A DNA stretch of 64,000 nt from an uncultured Alphaproteobacteria bacterium (GTDB lineage: Bacteria; Pseudomonadota; Alphaproteobacteria; Sphingomonadales; Sphingomonadaceae): positions 23,559-87,558 of the forward strand of contig CAWKKZ010000001.1 of NCBI GenBank assembly GCA_963850395.1, written 5' to 3'. Numbering within the stretch: the stretch's first letter is position 1; each line of letters opens with the position of its first letter. Below, piece by piece: positions 57,868 through 64,000 of the stretch. The notes beneath the pieces were generated by a model. It did not search any database, had not been told where the DNA came from, and was given only the letters and a program-made list of their open reading frames with translations. A program made the position numbers and the translations under genes.

Positions 57868-58884
57868 CTAGTTGGGTAGGTCAAGCTTGGTATCGCGGTA
57901 TCGATACTCGCGGGGGCCCATGCCAAATTCTCGCCTGAACGCCTTGCTGAAATGGCTCATGTCGTTGAACCCCCATCGCAAAGCGATTTCGGTAACGCTG
58001 CGTCGCGCAAGCGCCGACGCGTCGAGGTCACGACGGCACATCTCAAGGCGGCGCTTCCGAATCCAGTTCGACACCGTCACCCCGGTGCCGGCAAAAATCT
58101 TGTGCAGATAGCGCACATTAATGCCGTTCTCAGCGGCGATCGTCGCGATATCGAGGTCGGACTCCCGCAGCTTTGCCTCCATATAGGCCTTGAGGCGGGT
58201 CAGCTGCCGCTCGCGTGGCGTAATCATCCTGTCCGCGTCGAGCGAACTAAGCGTCATTGCCAGCAGGTCCAACGTAGCGTTGAGCACCGTAACGGCATGC
58301 ACATCCTCGAACGTGCCCAAATGATGCTCGATCGACGACAAGTGATCTAGGAAAAAAGAAAGCAGTCCCTGATCTCGACCCAAAGGAACGCCAACGAACT
58401 CCTCCACGAACGGAAAGACTGAAAGAACTCGGTTTTTTGGGAAGATAAAGTATATCTGGCGAAAGCTGGACGGAATATCCAGCGTCATCGGCCTCGCGCT
58501 GTCGGTAATCGTGAACATTCCCGACTTCAAATCGATGATCCGGCCACCAACATCCAGCTGCGCATCGCCCTCGGCCGCGTAGACAATCGAGAAGTCTTGC
58601 CGCGTCGTTCGCCTGGCAGCGCGGATGTCGTGCGAACATCGAACGCCTTCGGCTCCGCCAAAAGCAACCACGCGAGAATCGCAGACCGTGCGAACTCGGC
58701 TGAATCCGGGGGTTCCGACCGGCATGGGCCGTTCGATATGCCACTCATGCGCGGTATGAGCAGAGACGGTCGTGTCCCAAATCCCTCGGGCAATGCCGCC
58801 GTCGATCCGCTGCGATGTCCACATTCGCGGATCGATCGAGAAATCGCTCTCTGGCGCAATAGGGACCTGCAAGGCGATAGCCAC
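57868..58884 (-). CDS. AraC family transcriptional regulator (FeaR-like)
   Basis: C-terminal dual HTH (IAAENGINVRYLHKIF; RRLEMCRRDL; IALRWGFNDMSHFSKAFRREFG.GPREYR); GTG start after a purine-rich RBS. Confidence 0.92.
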   Translation of the reverse strand: MAIALQVPIAPESDFSIDPRMWTSQRIDGGIARGIWDTTVSAHTAHEWHIERPMPVGTPGFSRVRTVCDSRVVAFGGAEGVRCSHDIRAARRTTRQDFSIVYAAEGDAQLDVGGRIIDLKSGMFTITDSARPMTLDIPSSFRQIYFIFPKNRVLSVFPFVEEFVGVPLGRDQGLLSFFLDHLSSIEHHLGTFEDVHAVTVLNATLDLLAMTLSSLDADRMITPRERQLTRLKAYMEAKLRESDLDIATIAAENGINVRYLHKIFAGTGVTVSNWIRKRRLEMCRRDLDASALARRSVTEIALRWGFNDMSHFSKAFRREFGMGPREYRYRDTKLDLPN

Positions 58885-59008
58885 GAATCCTCTCCCTCCT
58901 TCGACGGTGCATCCGCCCATCTTATGCTTTTACGGTTATCTTCACAATCATTGGCTGCCCCGCGTGACGCTTGCCAAATGCCCCGTGCGGGCAGCCGCAT
59001 AATCCATA

Positions 59009-59440
59009 TCAGGCGGCCTGCGCCTGCTGTCCTTCAATGATTTTGTCGATCCATCGCGAATCCATGATCTGGGACGGATTGCTATTCTCATCCATGAACA
59101 TGATTGGCCCATGGGTGATGAACAGCATCTCGGTTTCTTCGGGGAACACCGTCTTCTCGTGCAGCGAGCCATAGGGCTCATAGCCGGAGTCACCTGCGGG
59201 GGCGAGCTGATCACGATAATTGAGCGCGCCGCTCATTATCAGATAATCACAACCGGCGAGGTGAAGATGCGGCGCAAAAGTGCCACCTTTCTGGCCGCGA
59301 AGAATGCAGGAAAATCCACCGGTCGAGGGGTCGGTGCTGATCACCTCCATCTTCACGCCCTCCGCTAATGGAGCAGGAATATCGAATACCGGCTTCTCGG
59401 CCTTCGTGACGTGCATTTCATTGGCAGCTCTGGACTTCAT
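59009..59440 (-). CDS. Cupin dioxygenase of the Dke1 (acetylacetone-cleaving) / 2,4'-dihydroxyacetophenone dioxygenase type
   Basis: FAPHLH ... GYEPYGSLHEKTVFP ... GPIMFMDE resembles the recalled Dke1 pattern FASHIH ... GFESSGALHGKTFFP ... GPLNFIDD; three His positions conserved. Confidence 0.7.
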   Translation of the reverse strand: MKSRAANEMHVTKAEKPVFDIPAPLAEGVKMEVISTDPSTGGFSCILRGQKGGTFAPHLHLAGCDYLIMSGALNYRDQLAPAGDSGYEPYGSLHEKTVFPEETEMLFITHGPIMFMDENSNPSQIMDSRWIDKIIEGQQAQAA

Positions 59441-59516
59441 ATCACTCTCCTAAGATATGGGATTTTTATAGGGCCAAGCGCCAAGACATTCTTGGACGAA
59501 CGGCCCTAATAACTTG

Positions 59517-60215
59517 TCACAGAGCGCCCTCGACTTGCGGGAGAGCGCGCTCGATACGTTCGGCAAGCGCGGTAAGAAACGCACCGCTTGGTGCTCCGTC
59601 GATCACGCGGTGGTCGGTCGTGAGTGAGAGCCCGAGTTCAGGGCGCGTACCGATCTGGCCGTCCTCTCCGATGAATACCGACGGCGATATCCGTCCAATC
59701 CCAAGGATGCCGACCTGGCCACCGTTCAGGATCGGCGTGAAATACTCTACCCGGGTCGTGCCGAGATTGCTGATCGTGAACGTCCCGAACGACATCTCCT
59801 CGACCGTCAGCTTTCGTTCCTGCGCGCGTTTGGCCAGAGCGCGACGGGCCGCGACGACCTCTGGTAGCGTGAGGCCGCGCAGATCAGGCAGTGCCGGCGC
59901 GACGAGGCTGTCTCCGACCACCATTGCGACGGAGATACGAATCTCCTCATAGATCTGGACTGCATCCGCTGTCGCCGTGGCGTTGAAGCGCGGATGATCG
60001 AATAGGGTGTCGCGGATTGCGACGAGTAATAGGTCCTCAAAGCCGGCCTCGACGCCTGCCTCTTTCCAGGCCTTGCGGGTCGCGACGAGCTGCGTCGCTT
60101 CGATGCGGGCGCAGAAGGAGAGCTGGGCGGTCGTAGCCAGGCTTTCCATCATCTTGCGCGCAATCATCTTGCGCATGCCTGTAATCGGCAGCGACTGTGA
60201 CGGCAACGGGATCAT
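59517..60215 (-). CDS. 2-oxo acid dehydrogenase E2 acyltransferase, catalytic domain only
   Basis: GMRKMIA, TFTISNLG, FTPILN, ILGIG, TTDHRVIDGA. Confidence 0.92.
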   Translation of the reverse strand: MIPLPSQSLPITGMRKMIARKMMESLATTAQLSFCARIEATQLVATRKAWKEAGVEAGFEDLLLVAIRDTLFDHPRFNATATADAVQIYEEIRISVAMVVGDSLVAPALPDLRGLTLPEVVAARRALAKRAQERKLTVEEMSFGTFTISNLGTTRVEYFTPILNGGQVGILGIGRISPSVFIGEDGQIGTRPELGLSLTTDHRVIDGAPSGAFLTALAERIERALPQVEGAL

Positions 60216-60454
60216 GCCACTGAGATGACGCCGAGCAAGGCACCAACCGAAACGACATCCTCGACGGCAGCGCGCTGTGCGAGGCGCCCAGCGATGGGGG
60301 CCGCCACCTCGAACGTCACCTTGGTGACCATCAGCTCGCAGACGACGTCGCCCTCGTCGACATGCTCGCCTTCATCAACGAGCCAGTTCGCCAGAACGAT
60401 TTCGGCGTCCTCCTCTGCCATCCCTTCCGGGACGCGGATTTCAGTGCTGCTCAT
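60212..60454 (-). CDS. Stand-alone lipoyl domain protein
   Basis: WLVDEGEHVDEGDVVCELMVTKVTFEVAAPIAG; ATGA overlap with the E2 gene. Confidence 0.88.
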   Translation of the reverse strand: MSSTEIRVPEGMAEEDAEIVLANWLVDEGEHVDEGDVVCELMVTKVTFEVAAPIAGRLAQRAAVEDVVSVGALLGVISVA

Positions 60455-61499
60455 ATGAAATGATCTCCAAAACCGTGTCTACGATCTTCTCGGCCGAGGG
60501 CAGCGCGGCTTGCTCGAGCACGCGCGCAAATGGCGGCGGCATGTCGGGATAGGCGATGCGCGCGGGAGGACTGCGCAGGTCGCGGAACCCACGCTCACTC
60601 ACCTGCGCGATGATTTCGCCCGCGACACCGCAATTCGAATAATCCTCGTCGATGACCACGAGGCGGCCAGTACGCCGAACCGACTTGAGGATCGTGTCGA
60701 TATCCAGCGGAACGATCGAGCGGATGTCGATGACCTCGGCATTGATGCCCTGTTGCTTGAGCGCGTCGGCGGCATCGATTGCGAGATGGACCGTCGAGGC
60801 CCAGCCGACCAGCGTCACGTCACTTCCTTCGCGGACGATGGCCGCTTCGCCGATCGGTATCGTGTAGAGCTCCTCGGGAACGTGCACGATCGTGCGCTTG
60901 ACCGTGCCGAGCCATCCGATGCCCTGGAGGCCCTTATGGCACATGAAGATCACCGGGTTCGGATCGCGCATCGCCGACACCATCAGGCCCTTGGCATCAT
61001 AGGCGTTGGACGGGGATACGATCTTCATACCCGGCATGTGCGCGAAGGTGGCGTAGAGGCATTGCGAATGCTGGCCGGCGTCGGAATAGCCGCCGCCGGC
61101 GGAGGTGGTGAGTACCATCGGGCAGGTGACGCTGCCGCCGGAAAAGTAGGATTGCTTGGCGGCAAGATTGTAGATCGCGTCGAAGCACACGCCGAGGAAA
61201 TCGACGAACATCAGTTCCACGATTGGCTTCATCCCGACCGCCGCCGCGCCAACGGCGGCACCGATGAAGGCGGTTTCAGAAATCGGCGTGTCGCGTATGC
61301 GCTCAGCACCGAACTCGGCTAAAAGGCCGGTCGTCATTCCGAACACGCCACCGAAGGCGCCGATATCCTCGCCCATGACGAATACCGATGGATCGCGTCG
61401 CATCTCTTGGGCAGTGGCCTCAGTAATCGCTTTCGCGATGCTGATCTTCCGTTGCTTGGCGACCTTTTGGGGGGCGAGCAGGACTGAAGTGGCTGTCAT
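60441..61499 (-). CDS. TPP-dependent dehydrogenase E1 beta subunit (acetoin/pyruvate dehydrogenase-like)
   Basis: GEDIG, RIRDTPISE, VELMFVDF, GQHSQ, PSNAYDAKG, IDIRSIVPLD. Confidence 0.94.
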   Translation of the reverse strand: MTATSVLLAPQKVAKQRKISIAKAITEATAQEMRRDPSVFVMGEDIGAFGGVFGMTTGLLAEFGAERIRDTPISETAFIGAAVGAAAVGMKPIVELMFVDFLGVCFDAIYNLAAKQSYFSGGSVTCPMVLTTSAGGGYSDAGQHSQCLYATFAHMPGMKIVSPSNAYDAKGLMVSAMRDPNPVIFMCHKGLQGIGWLGTVKRTIVHVPEELYTIPIGEAAIVREGSDVTLVGWASTVHLAIDAADALKQQGINAEVIDIRSIVPLDIDTILKSVRRTGRLVVIDEDYSNCGVAGEIIAQVSERGFRDLRSPPARIAYPDMPPPFARVLEQAALPSAEKIVDTVLEIISYEQH

Positions 61500-62497
61500 A
61501 GTTCCTCACATTCGGCAAAAACGGTGGCAAGCGCGCCTGCGATTTCCGGGTCGGGGCTGCCTCGCGAATAGGACACGGCCTCATCGACCAACCGTCGGCC
61601 GTTCTGCTCGATCGATGAGACCACGGTCTCGTCCGCGATGCCGGTCTCGATGAGCATCGCCCGGAAAAGCGGCAACTCATCCTTGGCGAACAGCGCGTCC
61701 TTCTCCCCTGCGGGCCGATAGGCTTCGACATCGCCCATGAAGTGGCCCTCGAGACGATATGTCTCGATTTCGATCAGGGTCGGACCGTCGCCGGCGCGTG
61801 CCCTGGCGATCGCTTGACCCGCCGCAGCATGGACCGCGAGCGTGTCGTTGTTGGGAATGAAAACCCCGGGAATGCCATAGGCCAGCGCGCGCACGTCGTT
61901 GCGCGGCACGGCCGTCGATGAACTCTTAGGCACTGAAACGCCGTAGGCGTTGTCCTCGATGATGCAGATGAACGGAAGCTTCCACACGGCGGCGAGGTTC
62001 ATCGCCTCGTGCCAAGCGCCTTGGTTAACCGCAGCTTCGCCGACATAGGCGACGGCAACATGAGGTTCGCCCCGCATCTTAAAAGCGAGCGCCGCACCCA
62101 CCGCCGGACCCATGCCCTGGGCGATGATGCCCGAGCATGTAAAATTCACGGCCGGGTCGAACAGGTGCATGTGGCCAGCAAGGCCGCCTGAAAGGCCAGT
62201 CGACTTTCCGAGAATTTCCGCAGTCATCGCCTGCAGGTCGACGCCTTTGGCGATGGCAACATGGTGCGGGCGATGACCGGCCGATACGAAGTCTTCAGGC
62301 CCGAGATGAACGCAAACCCCGACCGCACAGGGTTCTTGGCCGTTAGATAAATGCATCTCGCCGGGGAGCGGGCCGTTGGCCATATTGAAGAGCGGCGTCT
62401 TGCCCTCGAGATAGATGTCGCGAATGCACTCCTCATAATAGCGAGACATCGCCATACGGTCGTACATCCACAGCAGGGTATCGTTGCGTGCGGTCAT
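61496..62497 (-). CDS. TPP-dependent dehydrogenase E1 alpha subunit (acetoin dehydrogenase-like)
   Basis: GEMHLSNGQE, HRPHH, GHMHL, GEAAVNQGAWHEAMN...EDN, TYRLEGH. Confidence 0.94.
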   Translation of the reverse strand: MTARNDTLLWMYDRMAMSRYYEECIRDIYLEGKTPLFNMANGPLPGEMHLSNGQEPCAVGVCVHLGPEDFVSAGHRPHHVAIAKGVDLQAMTAEILGKSTGLSGGLAGHMHLFDPAVNFTCSGIIAQGMGPAVGAALAFKMRGEPHVAVAYVGEAAVNQGAWHEAMNLAAVWKLPFICIIEDNAYGVSVPKSSSTAVPRNDVRALAYGIPGVFIPNNDTLAVHAAAGQAIARARAGDGPTLIEIETYRLEGHFMGDVEAYRPAGEKDALFAKDELPLFRAMLIETGIADETVVSSIEQNGRRLVDEAVSYSRGSPDPEIAGALATVFAECEEL

Positions 62498-62506
62498 GGG
62501 AAGTCC

Positions 62507-64000
62507 TTAAAATCGGGCCGTCAACGTGAGGCCGTAAGTCCTGGGGGCAGCCTGGCGCTGCGCATCGCCCAGTCCGGCCTGTTCGGATCGGCCGGCATAA
62601 TAGGTGACGTCGGTGAGGTTCTTGACCCATAGCTGGGCATCGAAATGGTCGCCCGGGAGAGCCCAGTTTAGCGAGGCGTTGACCAGCCAGAAGCTGGGCT
62701 GAGTCAGGCGATTGTCGGCGTAGAAGAAGTAGCCGTCGTTGTAGGCGGCGTTGACCGCAAGGCGGAATTCGCCGATTTTCGTCTGAACCCCATAGTCACC
62801 GCCGATGCTGGCGGTAAACTTCGGCGTCGAGATCGTCCGGTTGCCCTTTGCATCTATCGTGAGAATGTTTCCAAAGGCGTCAGTCGACTCGCCATTGGGC
62901 CCCACGGCGGGAGCGTTCGGATAGCTGGTATATTTGCCGTCCAGCAGCGAAATGCTGGCATCCAGATTGAGGTTGCTGACCGGCCGAGCCTGCAGCGTAG
63001 CTTCCAGCCCCTTGATCCGCGCTCGCGCCGCATTGCGCGTAACGATGCTGCCGAGCTGAGGAATTGTAACTTGAATATTTTTATATTCGTAGAGGAAGGC
63101 CGCGATGTTGAAGCGCAACCGCCGGTCAAACCATTCGGTTTTAAAGCCGGCTTCATAGGCGTCGAGGACCTCGGGTTTAAAAGGCGCGTCGGTCGGCGCA
63201 AGCAGGTTGAAGCCGCCACTCTTGAAACCCCGGTTATAGGAGACATAACCGAGGACATCGGTGGTGAAGTGGTGGTCGAGCGCGGCCCGCCACGTCAGCT
63301 TGCTGAATGTCTGCCGATCGTTCGGCAGGGGGATGACAGCGCCACCAACGGCGAAATTGTCGACGATCAGCTTCTGGCGCTCGTAGGTGTAGCGCAGACC
63401 GCCCGTAAGATTGGTATCTGGGAAGATCTCTGCGGTCGCCTGACCAAAACCTGCAAACGACTGAGTCTTCTGTTTGTCGGCAAGAACCACTACGCCATAA
63501 TCGACATCGAACGGCGTGTAAGCGGCAACCGAATCAAAGAAGAAGCCGCCTAGAACCCATTTGATCGGTGCGGTAGACGCGCCATGCAGCTGGACTTCTT
63601 GGCTCCAGTTGTGCGCCTTTGAGGGGAGGCTCAGGTCGGCCACAATAGCGGGTGTGTCATCCTGATCGAGCAGGTAGCGCACGTTGGAGCGGCGATAACT
63701 CGTGATGCTGACGAGTTTGAGATCCCCTAAGCCCTGTTCGATCTGCAGCGAGCCACCGCCAGTGTTGAGACGCTCAAGGTCGCGCAGTCCGGTCGTCGAG
63801 TTGTACTCACCGGGATAGGTCGAAACCCCGTCCGCGCCGATAACTCCGGGAACCAGCTGATAGGAGTAACGCGAGAGAGAGTGCGAATAATCGAACGCTA
63901 GCAGGACGGTGGTCGGGCCGGTCGGGCCGAACTTCAACTTCGTGCGAACGGCATAGTTGTTATCGGCCATGATACCATTGTCTTGACCAGTGTTGAGGTT
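62507..64000 (-). CDS. TonB-dependent receptor (C-terminal part; truncated by the window edge)
   Basis: WSQE, LTGGLRYT.E, SYNRGFKSGGFN, LDAYEAGFK, WVKNLTD, PRTYG...C-terminal F; frame stays open past 64000. Confidence 0.94.
   Translation of the reverse strand, partial: NLNTGQDNGIMADNNYAVRTKLKFGPTGPTTVLLAFDYSHSLSRYSYQLVPGVIGADGVSTYPGEYNSTTGLRDLERLNTGGGSLQIEQGLGDLKLVSITSYRRSNVRYLLDQDDTPAIVADLSLPSKAHNWSQEVQLHGASTAPIKWVLGGFFFDSVAAYTPFDVDYGVVVLADKQKTQSFAGFGQATAEIFPDTNLTGGLRYTYERQKLIVDNFAVGGAVIPLPNDRQTFSKLTWRAALDHHFTTDVLGYVSYNRGFKSGGFNLLAPTDAPFKPEVLDAYEAGFKTEWFDRRLRFNIAAFLYEYKNIQVTIPQLGSIVTRNAARARIKGLEATLQARPVSNLNLDASISLLDGKYTSYPNAPAVGPNGESTDAFGNILTIDAKGNRTISTPKFTASIGGDYGVQTKIGEFRLAVNAAYNDGYFFYADNRLTQPSFWLVNASLNWALPGDHFDAQLWVKNLTDVTYYAGRSEQAGLGDAQRQAAPRTYGLTLTARF

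Larger units (their letters stand above)
55126..64000. mobile_element. Probable genomic island integrated at tRNA-Ser (left part; extends beyond the window)
   Basis: tRNA 3' fragment at the boundary, adjacent IS6, visibly lower GC and different codon usage from 56 kb onward; no integrase inside the window. Confidence 0.6.

Overview
GC-rich alphaproteobacterial chromosome segment, most consistent with Sphingomonadales (Novosphingobium/Erythrobacteraceae-like; inferred from gene content and protein style). In order: (1) a class I ribonucleotide reductase locus (nrdA, two small membrane genes, nrdB); (2) a patch of small accessory genes; (3) nucleotide-sugar genes (wecC, wecB, UDP-glucuronate epimerase) with a nested palindromic intergenic element; (4) a lower-GC RHH-YfbU plus 4-TM gene pair; (5) dcd, acyl-CoA dehydrogenase, MFS and aminotransferase genes ending at tRNA-Gly(CCC); (6) a complete type I secretion locus (TolC, 2213-aa adhesin with seven near-identical 387-bp repeats, ABC transporter, HlyD); (7) a lactone/acyl-CoA catabolic operon; (8) an orphan divergent crtI-like gene with LOG and pheA; (9) a DUF4350-MoxR-DUF58-SpoIIM-RDD cluster, a metal-uptake pair, lipase and ispG; (10) from about 55.1 kb, a probable tRNA-Ser-integrated island. 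The island's left end is a displaced tRNA 3' fragment with a 31-nt T-loop insertion. It carries a dead IS6 and a catabolic cluster (TonB receptor, TPP-dependent E1 alpha/beta, free lipoyl domain, split E2, Dke1-like cupin dioxygenase, AraC regulator, acyl-CoA ligase) and runs off the window. Four single-base frameshifts occur in the first 8.1 kb (nrdA, wecC, two in a low-GC gene) and are probably sequencing errors. The best candidates for undescribed biology are the island catabolic cluster and the cysteine-paired, putatively isopeptide-bonded T1SS adhesin. All family assignments come from motif recognition by eye; no database searches were run.
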